In this document: positions 10,233 to 18,410 of the stretch, one piece after another
Numbering within the stretch: the stretch's first letter is position 1
Layout of the letters: each line of letters begins with the position of its first letter
Assembly (NCBI GenBank): GCA_034722415.1
Contig: JAYENY010000010.1
Location: 1-38,940, forward strand
Direction of reading: 5' to 3'
Source: Patescibacteria group bacterium
GTDB taxonomy: Bacteria > Patescibacteriota > Minisyncoccia > Minisyncoccales > PEYH01
DNA: 38,940 bases
Notes under the pieces: model-generated
Seen by the model: the letters and a program-made list of their open reading frames with translations, nothing else
What the model was told of the DNA's origin: nothing
Database searches by the model: none
Made by a program: the position numbers and the translations under genes

Positions 10233-11519
10233 ATGGCGAAACAAAAAGAACCATTAGAATTGAATCCTATTTTTTCGGTTTCCGAATATATAGAATTTCT
10301 TAATATAGGATTAAGGAAATTTGGAGCCGCGAAAATAAGCGGAGAAGTTTCTTCAGTGACCATAAGCGTGAATGGTCATGTTTATTTTACTATCAGAGAT
10401 AAGTCTGGTAGCGCTCTTATAGACTGTATAATCTGGAGGAATAATTATAGTTTGTGCGGTACAAAAATTGAAAAAGGACAAGAATTAATTATAAACGGAT
10501 ATCCAGATATATATCCCTCTAGCGGAAGATTAAGCTTTAAAGCAAATACGATTGAATTAAAAGGAGAAGGGGTTTTAAAAAAAGCATATGATGAATTAAA
10601 GAAAAAATTGACAAAAGAAGGTCTTTTTAGAGACGAGGCGAAAAGGGAAGTTCCTAATTTTCCAGAAAAAATCGGAGTTATTACTTCAAGACAAGGGGCT
10701 GTTATTCATGATTTTCTTAATAACTTAGGGAAGCATAGATTCAAGATAAAAATGATCGATGCGAGAGTTGAAGGACAAGAAGCAGTGAAGGAAATACTTA
10801 GAGCTATCAAAAGTTTTAAGAATCAAGACATAGAAGTTTTAGCTATAATGCGAGGAGGAGGATCTTTAGAATCAATGATGCCTTTTAACAATGAAACACT
10901 AGTTAGAATGATAGCAGATTTTCCAGTCCCTGTGATAGTCGGTATAGGTCATCACAAAGATATTCCTCTTGTTGCCTTAGCATCCGACGCCATGGCTTCA
11001 ACTCCAACTGCGGTAGCGAACTTATTAAACAAATCATGGGAGCAAGCGATTTTGCTGCTAGAGAGAAGAGAAAGACACATTTTAAATAGCTATGAAGGAA
11101 TAATAATTAATGCTTTTTCTATTTTAGAAGAATCATTAAGAATTGTTCGTGGAGTAAAGGATTTAATTTTTGAGAAATATAGGAAAATCGACACAAATAC
11201 AAGAATTGCTTTTCAAAATTTTGCTTATTCATTACAAAAAACAGAGCTTAATTTAAGAAATTCATGGAGTAAATCAGTTATTCTGAAATTTGAATCATTT
11301 TTATTGATTATTAATGAGCAGATAAGCAATATTACTAAAATAATTTTTTTCAATAATCCAAAACGACAACTTAAGCTCGGTTATAGTATTGTGCGTTTTA
11401 ATGATAAAATAATTAAAGATGTGGGGAGCGTGAAAACAGGAGAAGATTTAGAAATTTGTTTGGCCAATGGATTAATAATTTCTGAAGTTAAAAAAATTAA
11501 TAAAATTAAACAAAATTAA
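10233..11519 (+). CDS. xseA: Exodeoxyribonuclease VII large subunit
   Basis: GHVYFTIRD, IGVITSRQGAVIHDF, RGGGS, GIGHHKD, STPTA, LKLGYSIV. Confidence 0.95.
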   Translation: MAKQKEPLELNPIFSVSEYIEFLNIGLRKFGAAKISGEVSSVTISVNGHVYFTIRDKSGSALIDCIIWRNNYSLCGTKIEKGQELIINGYPDIYPSSGRLSFKANTIELKGEGVLKKAYDELKKKLTKEGLFRDEAKREVPNFPEKIGVITSRQGAVIHDFLNNLGKHRFKIKMIDARVEGQEAVKEILRAIKSFKNQDIEVLAIMRGGGSLESMMPFNNETLVRMIADFPVPVIVGIGHHKDIPLVALASDAMASTPTAVANLLNKSWEQAILLLERRERHILNSYEGIIINAFSILEESLRIVRGVKDLIFEKYRKIDTNTRIAFQNFAYSLQKTELNLRNSWSKSVILKFESFLLIINEQISNITKIIFFNNPKRQLKLGYSIVRFNDKIIKDVGSVKTGEDLEICLANGLIISEVKKINKIKQN

Positions 11520-11520
11520 A

Positions 11521-11745
11521 ATGACTGAGAAAAATAAAAGCACTCAAAATCTAACAAAAAACCTTAAGCAGCTTGCTGATATTACGACATGGTTTGATAA
11601 TCAAGAAGAGGTTGATATTGAGGAAGGATTAACAAAAGTAAAACAAGCCGCAGCGCTTATTAAAATTAGTAGGAAGCGACTTAAACTAATTGAAAACGAA
11701 TTTGAAGAGATAAGTAAAGATATAGATATTGAAGACGAAGAGTAG
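11521..11745 (+). CDS. xseB: Exodeoxyribonuclease VII small subunit
   Basis: 74-aa helical ORF directly after xseA; DIEEGL...AALIK...RLK..EN. Confidence 0.85.
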   Translation: MTEKNKSTQNLTKNLKQLADITTWFDNQEEVDIEEGLTKVKQAAALIKISRKRLKLIENEFEEISKDIDIEDEE

Positions 11746-11746
11746 A

Positions 11747-11968
11747 ATGAAAATTTTTGTTACAGTAAAGCTCAAATCTAAAGATAACAAAATTGAGAAA
11801 ATCGATGATAATCATTTTTTGATTTTTATAAAAGAACTTCCAGTTAAGGGTCGAGCTAATAAAACAATTTTAAAATTATTAGCAAAATATTTAGGCATTC
11901 CCATTTCCCAATTAATAATTAAATCAGGACTAAAATCAAAGAGAAAGATTATTGAGATAATCGATTGA
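11747..11968 (+). CDS. DUF167 (YggU-like) protein
   Basis: MKIFVTVK...ELPVKGRANK..LKLLAKYLG...IKSGLKSKRK; ATG 11747 preferred over upstream TTG. Confidence 0.85.
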   Translation: MKIFVTVKLKSKDNKIEKIDDNHFLIFIKELPVKGRANKTILKLLAKYLGIPISQLIIKSGLKSKRKIIEIID

Positions 11969-12111
11969 GCCAAATAATCTCAATAGAATACTATTAGAAG
12001 AGTTTTTTAAACTATTTGACATTTTTATATAGTTTTGTTATGTTATAATTACCAAAGAGTTGGATACAGCTCTTTTTAATTTCTTCATTTTTGGAGAAAG
12101 GAGGCAAGATA

Positions 12112-12177
12112 TTGTTCAGAGTCAGAGATCCGACATGCTTTAGTTCATTTCAATTTTGTTTCAGATGCATTGGTTGA
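12112..12177 (+). CDS. Putative 21-aa peptide (MFRVRDPTCFSSFQFCFRCIG)
   Basis: AGGAGG at 12099-12104, 7 nt before TTG; TTGACA promoter element near 12016. Confidence 0.35.
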   Translation: MFRVRDPTCFSSFQFCFRCIG

Positions 12178-12197
12178 AAAAGGAAAAAGGAGATAAC

Positions 12198-12317
12198 TTG
12201 AACCTGAAACTAGCTATTCGAGGGTATCGTCGCGCCCTCTCACGTATCGTGTCAGCTCACCGCACGGATAATGTCCGAACGGAAACAGTTTCTATGTTGA
12301 ATTTTTTCTATCAATAG
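12198..12317 (+). CDS. Putative 39-aa basic peptide (MNLKLAIRGYRRALSRIVSAHRTDNVRTETVSMLNFFYQ)
   Basis: AAGGAG just upstream of TTG; followed by terminator 12355-12380. Confidence 0.35.
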   Translation: MNLKLAIRGYRRALSRIVSAHRTDNVRTETVSMLNFFYQ

Positions 12318-12354
12318 AGAAATTTGATCGAGCTTGACTAGGCGACGGAAACAC

Positions 12355-12380
12355 AAGGGGCGATTAACCGCCCCTTTTTT
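12355..12380 (+). terminator. Intrinsic terminator
   Basis: AAGGGGCG-ATTAAC-CGCCCCTT followed by T-run. Confidence 0.75.
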
Positions 12381-12470
12381 GATTATTATATGTGAAATAT
12401 TTTTGTGCTTGTAACCGAGAGGAAAAAATGTTAAATCCACTAATAGCTCTTTGTAAGGAGGTGATTCGAG

Positions 12471-12938
12471 ATGTGGAGACATTTTGTGTTTATCGCAAAC
12501 CCTTTTCTTGGGATCGGCATCTATTTGGCTACTGGAGTTTCCTTTTGGACAGTTGTAGGCGTAGCGATCGCTAAGTCTATGGTTTTTACAACTTTCCTTT
12601 ATTTCGGAACTGGCTGGATTGTAATATTAATGGAGAAACGGCAATTCTCGAAAAGAATACTTTTCTACTGGCAGTTGGTGCATGATTATTTGATGAATAA
12701 TAGCATGAAGCCAGGTTGTCAGACTGGGAAAAAGATTTTATGTTGGCTACTTAAAGAAAGGAAATGGATTGTCATCTCAGTGTCATTCATTCCGATATTG
12801 CCATTTTTCTCTCACTCAACTATTATCGCGCTTAGGCTAATGAGGGTAAAATACGGCTTATTAATTCTTTACGCCGGCGTTATCTTAAAATCCGTTATTG
12901 CTTGTTGGATGCTTTCTCGAATGATTCCTAATCTATGA
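12471..12938 (+). CDS. Hypothetical membrane protein
   Basis: 155 aa, several TM segments; SD AAGGAGGTGA upstream; hairpin terminator at 12937-12975. Confidence 0.65.
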   Translation: MWRHFVFIANPFLGIGIYLATGVSFWTVVGVAIAKSMVFTTFLYFGTGWIVILMEKRQFSKRILFYWQLVHDYLMNNSMKPGCQTGKKILCWLLKERKWIVISVSFIPILPFFSHSTIIALRLMRVKYGLLILYAGVILKSVIACWMLSRMIPNL

Positions 12939-12989
12939 GGAGTATGTACAGAAAATTGTATATGCTCCTTTTTTATATAAAAAATATTC

Positions 12990-13436
12990 TTATTTCTGAA
13001 GTTTCCATTCTATCTCTGATTCTTTGCCAGCAAATTCTAACCATTGTCCATCTTTATCTATAACAAACCATTTTTTCTTAGTTTCTGACCAAATCATAGG
13101 ATCGTTTCTAAAATATGGTTTTTTCACTATTTCTTTTGGTTTCAACCTATCTAATTCCAACCATTTTTTAAATACTGTTTCAATAGCATAATCTAGATTT
13201 CTAGAATTTGCCCATTTTGCTACAATATCTATAGCCTTTTTTGCTTTTTTAACAGAACCAGCCAAATCTAAGAGTTGTTTGGCAGGTCTAGTGAATCTAG
13301 AATATATTATTTTTCTTTTTTTAGCGTTTTCTTTGATTTCTTTTAAATTTAAACCTTTACTATAAAAATAATGATTAACAACTTCTTGGATTGCTGTTTC
13401 CTTCTGCTCCTTTTTATTTTGAGATTTTTTGATCAT
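12990..13436 (-). CDS. Hypothetical protein
   Basis: 148-aa Lys-rich ORF, AT-rich, convergent on a shared terminator. Confidence 0.7.
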   Translation of the reverse strand: MIKKSQNKKEQKETAIQEVVNHYFYSKGLNLKEIKENAKKRKIIYSRFTRPAKQLLDLAGSVKKAKKAIDIVAKWANSRNLDYAIETVFKKWLELDRLKPKEIVKKPYFRNDPMIWSETKKKWFVIDKDGQWLEFAGKESEIEWKLQK

Positions 13437-13482
13437 ATAGAAATAGATTTATCTAATTAATTTTAGCATAATTTTTAAAATA

Positions 13483-13610
13483 AAAAACAGCTATTATAGC
13501 TGAATAAGGGAGAAGGGGTTATATCTAATAAACCACAACATAACCCCCTCGGTGACCGAGAGGCGTTGGGGGGGGTCCTCTTTGCACAAATTGTTTAAAA
13601 TCTTCTATTT
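13483..13610 (-). ncRNA. Candidate small structured RNA
   Basis: GC-rich non-coding island with several hairpins (AGAGG/CCTCT, CTCGG/CCGAG, GGGGTTAT/ATAACCCC) ending in CAGCTA-TAA-TAGCTG plus T-run on the minus strand. Confidence 0.35.
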
Positions 13611-13742
13611 TTGATATTTTAACTATATACTAATTAATTATTTTATTAAGCATTTTTGACAATTTTTGAAATTCAGGTAAAAAGAAGTTAGAATTATATA
13701 GTACCTTAGGAGCCGTTCTTTTCCAATCAGTAAGGAGGATGT

Positions 13743-14330
13743 ATGAACAGAGGATTAGAGATAATTACTGGATGCATGTTTTCAGGGAAGACGGAGGAGT
13801 TAATCCGACGCCTAGAGAGAGTGAGGATTGCTGGGTTACCACTGATTTTATTCAAGCCATCCATTGATGATCGTGAGAGTAAAGAAGCAACAGTTACCCA
13901 TTATGGACGCAAATTTTCTGCTACTCTTCTAGATCCAGGAATGGAAACTATGGAGAATCTCCGGAAATTAGTTGGAAAAGATGCTTTGAAAAAAGCTGTT
14001 GTCATTGCATTTGATCAAGGTAATTTCTTCTCAGAGAAGCTAGATCATCTATGTGAGCAACTAGTCTCGATGGGCAAGAGGGTAATTGTCGCCGGACTTG
14101 ATCTTACGTCAGATAATGAGTTATTTGGCGTGATGCCAACATTAATGGCGAAAGGTTTTCCTGTCCTCAAACTTAGTGCAGTTTGTGTTAAGTGTGGAGG
14201 AGTTGCTACAAGGAGTCAACGATTACTTGACGGCAAGCCAGCATCTGCTGGTGGGCCAGTAATCAAAATTGGTGGAGTAGGAGATTATGAGGCAAGATGC
14301 AGAAGGTGCCATGTAATAGGAGGTGATTAA
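13743..14330 (+). CDS. tdk: Thymidine kinase (TK1 family), divergent
   Basis: GCMFSGKTEELIRR, FKPSIDDR, VAGLD, zinc motifs CVKCG and ARCRRCH; DQGNFF replaces DEAQF; SD AAGGAGG. Confidence 0.88.
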   Translation: MNRGLEIITGCMFSGKTEELIRRLERVRIAGLPLILFKPSIDDRESKEATVTHYGRKFSATLLDPGMETMENLRKLVGKDALKKAVVIAFDQGNFFSEKLDHLCEQLVSMGKRVIVAGLDLTSDNELFGVMPTLMAKGFPVLKLSAVCVKCGGVATRSQRLLDGKPASAGGPVIKIGGVGDYEARCRRCHVIGGD

Positions 14331-14423
14331 GCCACTGTTGCTACGAGATCGAGCCATATCTTCTGCTAGATTCATCGTCTGCACGCGAGCCATAGGATAA
14401 GCGAGACCCATGGTACAAGCGTA

Positions 14424-14457
14424 AGCCCCGATGTTGCATAATCGGGGCTACTTTTTT
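14424..14457 (+). terminator. Intrinsic terminator
   Basis: AGCCCCGAT...ATCGGGGCT plus T-run. Confidence 0.75.
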
Positions 14458-14492
14458 GAAAAACTTACAAATTTATGATAGTTTAAAACAGT

Positions 14493-15056
14493 ATGCTACA
14501 TAGAATTTTCATTGCTATTAATTTGCCTGAAGATATTAAAGAGAAATTATTTAATTTTTCAAATAAATATTCTCATTTGCCTGCTCGCTGGGTGAAAAAG
14601 GAAAATATCCATATTACCTTAAGTTTTTTAGGCAATCTTGACGATAATCAACTTTTGGAAACAATAGAAACAGTTAAAAGCCTTGCTGTTAGACATAGTT
14701 CTATATTAATCAAGTTGAATAAAATTTGTTATGGTCCTGATAAAAAATTCCCACCACGGATGGTTTGGGCAAAAGGAGAAGATAATAATGCACTATCACG
14801 ACTTCATACAGATCTAGAAGATACATTTTTTAAATTACCTAGTTATAAGTATAAAATAAAAGAGGATCGTCCATTTTCTCTTCATGTTACCTTAGCTAGA
14901 ATTAAGAGTTTTGAGTTTAGAAAGTTAGCAGAGAATATAGAGATTAACGAAGATCTAAATCTAAGCTTTGAAGTTAATGCTATCCAGGTGATAGAAAGTC
15001 AGTTAAAGAAAACTGGACCCGAATATACGCTTTTAGAATCAGTATCATTAAACTAA
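14493..15056 (+). CDS. thpR: RNA 2',3'-cyclic phosphodiesterase (2H family)
   Basis: RIFIAI, two 2H motifs HITL and HVTL, PRMVW, GPEY. Confidence 0.92.
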   Translation: MLHRIFIAINLPEDIKEKLFNFSNKYSHLPARWVKKENIHITLSFLGNLDDNQLLETIETVKSLAVRHSSILIKLNKICYGPDKKFPPRMVWAKGEDNNALSRLHTDLEDTFFKLPSYKYKIKEDRPFSLHVTLARIKSFEFRKLAENIEINEDLNLSFEVNAIQVIESQLKKTGPEYTLLESVSLN

Positions 15057-15059
15057 TAT

Positions 15060-16394
15060 ATGAAAATTCATTTTATTGGGATTGGCGGAATAGGAGTGTC
15101 TTCTTTAGCGCAATACTATTTATCTCAAGGAGCAGATGTGACTGGTTCTGATTTAGCTCCTTCCGAAATTACGAATTTATTAGCGCAGAAAGGAGCGAAA
15201 CTTTTTATAGGAGAGAATAGGAAGGAAAATATTTCTGAAGATTTAGATTTAGTAATTTTTAGCCCAGCTGTTAGAGACGATAACTCAGAGTTTAAGCAGG
15301 CGCAAGAATACAAACTCGAGATTTTAAGTTACCCACAAGCTCTTGGTAGATTAAGCAAAAACTATTTTACTATAGCTATTTCTGGTAGCCACGGAAAGAG
15401 CACTACATCAGCGATGATTTCTCTAATCCTTATAAAAGCAGGATTAGATCCAACTGTAATTTTGGGAACTAAATTAAAAGAATTTGGAGATAGTAATTTT
15501 AGATTGGGAAGCTCTAATTATTTAGTTATTGAAGCAGATGAATATCAAGTATCTTTTTTAAACTATTGGCCGAATATTATTGTTTTAACCAATATTGAAG
15601 AAGAGCATATTGATTTTTTCGGTAGTTTAGAAAATATTTTTCGTGCTTTTCACGATTATTTGAATCATTTACATAAAGATGGTTGTTTAGTAGTAAATTA
15701 TGATGATAAAAACGCAAAAGAAATAAGTCAATCAATAGATGTTAAGGGATTAGATATAAGGCCATTTTCTTTGATGTTGCCTGAGGTAAATGAGATTAAA
15801 AATATAATAAAGGTTCCAGGAGATCATAATATTTCTAACGCTCTTGGAGCTTTGATAGCAGCTAGAGCTTTAGGAATTCCAGACAAGATATCTCTTGAGG
15901 CGCTTGGAGAGTATCAAGGGGCGTGGAGAAGGTTTGATATGCAAGAAGCTAACATAAATGATAAAAAATTTACAATTGTTTCGGATTATGCGCATCATCC
16001 AACAGAAATTAAGGCTACATTAAAAGCTGTTAGAGAGAAATGGCCAGATAAAAATATTTGGGCTATTTTTCAACCACATCAGCGTCAGCGCACATTTTAT
16101 CTTTTTAAAAAATTAGTTAAAGTCTTTGTTGAAGCAAAGATAAATAAAATTGTTTTGGTACCTATTTACGATGTAGCCGGGAGAGAAGAAGAGGAGACAA
16201 AAGAGAAGGTTAGTTCCTTAAGATTGATTCAAGCAATTAAAGAAGAACGAGAAAGGGAGGAAGATAACATTTTATATATTTCTAGTATTGAAGAAGCAAA
16301 ATTATTTTTAGAAAAAAATATTCAAGGTGGTGAAATAGTTATGATTATGGGAGCTGGAAATATTTATGAATTATCTAAAATGTTTTCCACTTGA
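15060..16394 (+). CDS. murC: UDP-N-acetylmuramate--L-alanine ligase
   Basis: HFIGIGGIGVS, GSHGKSTTS, IEADEY, GAWRRF, DYAHHPTEI, FQPH, MGAG. Confidence 0.95.
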   Translation: MKIHFIGIGGIGVSSLAQYYLSQGADVTGSDLAPSEITNLLAQKGAKLFIGENRKENISEDLDLVIFSPAVRDDNSEFKQAQEYKLEILSYPQALGRLSKNYFTIAISGSHGKSTTSAMISLILIKAGLDPTVILGTKLKEFGDSNFRLGSSNYLVIEADEYQVSFLNYWPNIIVLTNIEEEHIDFFGSLENIFRAFHDYLNHLHKDGCLVVNYDDKNAKEISQSIDVKGLDIRPFSLMLPEVNEIKNIIKVPGDHNISNALGALIAARALGIPDKISLEALGEYQGAWRRFDMQEANINDKKFTIVSDYAHHPTEIKATLKAVREKWPDKNIWAIFQPHQRQRTFYLFKKLVKVFVEAKINKIVLVPIYDVAGREEEETKEKVSSLRLIQAIKEEREREEDNILYISSIEEAKLFLEKNIQGGEIVMIMGAGNIYELSKMFST

Positions 16395-16492
16395 CGGAAT
16401 ATTCTAATAAGAGATATTATTAAGATAAGTAAAATTTCTAAGTAGTAAAAAGATAAAAGGTCGCAAAGAATTTAATCTTATTTTCTAAAACA

Positions 16493-16594
16493 ATGATAGA
16501 TGTACTTTATTGGGTTTTAATTGCTTTAGTTGCTTTAATATTAGCCTTTTTGATTACCACAAAAAAAGGAGTAAAACTCGGAAAGAAAAAATAG
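16493..16594 (+). CDS. Small single-TM protein (33 aa)
   Basis: MIDVLYWVLIALVALILAFLITTKKGVKLGKKK: hydrophobic helix plus basic tail; terminator AGCGCC/GGCGCT-TTTT near 16651-16676. Confidence 0.5.
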   Translation: MIDVLYWVLIALVALILAFLITTKKGVKLGKKK

Positions 16595-16731
16595 AATTTA
16601 TCGGAATACACTAATTGAAGATTGGTTGATTACGAAAATTATTACAATGAAGAGCGCCTATCTAAGGCGCTTTTTGGTTTTGAAAATTGACTTTGGAATT
16701 ATAATTTGATAATTTGAGATTGGAGGTGGGT

Positions 16732-17118
16732 GTGTTGAAGAAAATAGGCGTATTTATTTGGATTGTAGAATTCCTAGGGCTGGCCTATATTTTGGGAGGA
16801 ATACATTTGCATTTCTTGATCGTTCCAGAACCTCAATCAGAACTTTATTTCCATAATGCTGTTGTAGGAGTGGTTGCCGTAGTAATTATTCTTACATTAG
16901 TGGCAGTTTTGGTTATGCTTTTCAATGACCCAGGCTTGGCAGTAAAACATTCAATAGCTCTTTTCGTTCCAAGTTTGATATTGAGTCTAATGGGATTTCT
17001 CTCAAGTACGGGACGATTTGGCGGTAGCATTTTGGAACCACGGCATTTCATGCTACTAATACCTATAAGCTTGTATACTTTGGGACTTATTTACATTATC
17101 GGACGCGAAAGGGCGTAA
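16732..17118 (+). CDS. Hypothetical 4-TM membrane protein
   Basis: GGAGGTG SD precedes GTG 16732; TTGACT promoter element near 16687; hairpin terminator 17151-17178. Confidence 0.65.
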   Translation: MLKKIGVFIWIVEFLGLAYILGGIHLHFLIVPEPQSELYFHNAVVGVVAVVIILTLVAVLVMLFNDPGLAVKHSIALFVPSLILSLMGFLSSTGRFGGSILEPRHFMLLIPISLYTLGLIYIIGRERA

Positions 17119-17324
17119 GTTTTTCCTAATCTCCATAGGAGAAGTTATCAGGGGTGGTGCATGCATCACCCTCTTTTTATTTCGTGATATTATCATATTG
17201 AAAATTTTATTAGAAAAATAATATTAATCACCATCTTTGACAAATAAGAAAATTTATGATACTATAAAAATATAGTATGCTCGGAAAGAATCGACTTACC
17301 GAGTAACATTTTAGGAGGTGTGTC

Positions 17325-18101
17325 ATGACACAACGATGTGTCGCAGACGCGGATTATGGGCGGCTTTGCCGGCGATTGGATGAAATCAAGCGGCGAGTTG
17401 ATGGAGGAACCTTGGTGCTTCCTACCACTCTGGCAATTCTGCAACAAGTAGCCGAGGGTGAGTTCGAGGGACAGAAGTTAATCCATGGCATGTTTATGCC
17501 AATCGAAGCCCAGCTTAAGATGGTTAGACAGCGCAATACAGAGAGAGGCTGGGGATTCACGGATGAGGATTTCTCTTCGCTGGATGGACCTCCGGCTTGG
17601 CCCGAGGATAGACTCTCAGCTGTTGTTCTCATTGTAGGACTGGAAAGTATTCAGAGAACCTTCGATGAGGCTTGGTATTTTGTTGCCTCGGTTCAGTCCC
17701 GGAGTTATCGCGCGCGTCGGCTACTGTCACACAGAGATAATTTTCGTCTGTATCCTGGTATCAGACAAAAGAAGGGTCTTAGTTGGAAAGTCATTGACCT
17801 CGGAGCTAATCAACAGAAGTCATCCAATCAGGTTCGTGAGGCAATCGGAGATGTTACTCTTCTACCACATTCAGCAGTGTTGTGGGAGGCAAGTTATTCC
17901 CCGAAATGGATTCAGTCGATGGATGGCAAGAATGTTCCTTATGTGGATATTCCCGGCTACCAGTTGACCATTCCCGGCTACCAGCCCTGGGCGGATGTGC
18001 CTTATCTGTATTGGCTTCGTGATGGTCGTCAGGTCGATATGGATGCTTGCTATGCTGACGATATCAATGACTACTGGGCTGTGCCGGTTTTTCGGAAGTA
18101 A
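17325..18101 (+). CDS. Hypothetical protein, possible DGR-type C-terminal variable region
   Basis: 258 aa, GC-richer; SD TAGGAGGTG; promoter TTGACA...GATACT/TATAAA at 17237-17266; ends VPYLYW...DDINDYWAVPVFRK. Confidence 0.7.
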   Translation: MTQRCVADADYGRLCRRLDEIKRRVDGGTLVLPTTLAILQQVAEGEFEGQKLIHGMFMPIEAQLKMVRQRNTERGWGFTDEDFSSLDGPPAWPEDRLSAVVLIVGLESIQRTFDEAWYFVASVQSRSYRARRLLSHRDNFRLYPGIRQKKGLSWKVIDLGANQQKSSNQVREAIGDVTLLPHSAVLWEASYSPKWIQSMDGKNVPYVDIPGYQLTIPGYQPWADVPYLYWLRDGRQVDMDACYADDINDYWAVPVFRK

Positions 18102-18124
18102 TTGGTACTCGGAACTCGTAATCT

Positions 18125-18178
18125 TGGGGTTCGGAATTTTTGGTCTTTGGACCTTGGATTTCTGAACCCCAGTTTTTT
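18125..18178 (+). terminator. Long hairpin terminator built from 7-8 nt imperfect repeats
   Basis: TGGGGTTCGGAA...TTCTGAACCCCA plus T-run. Confidence 0.6.
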
Positions 18179-18278
18179 ATTAATTAACTTTTATTCTACA
18201 AGGATAATCCTCGAAATTCTACTTGATTTAATTTTCAATTTATGTTAGATTTATCTCACTAGTTATTATATTAACAAT

Positions 18279-18410
18279 ATGTTCACAACTATAATCGATG
18301 TTTTAACAGTAATTGTCATGATTATTGTTTTATCAGTTTTAATTTTACAGCTTGTCCCTACTTACAGGGCAGCTTTTAATATTTTTAGCGCAAATATTTA
18401 TGGTTTCTAA
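18279..18410 (+). CDS. Small single-TM protein (43 aa)
   Basis: MFTTIIDVLTVIVMIIVLSVLILQLVPTYRAAFNIFSANIYGF; overlaps the rplY start. Confidence 0.4.
   Translation: MFTTIIDVLTVIVMIIVLSVLILQLVPTYRAAFNIFSANIYGF

Noticed and set aside
14493-15056. Functional link between thpR and the rRNA intron
   Set aside because: thpR sits in an ordinary operon with murC 15 kb away, and group II introns ligate their own exons
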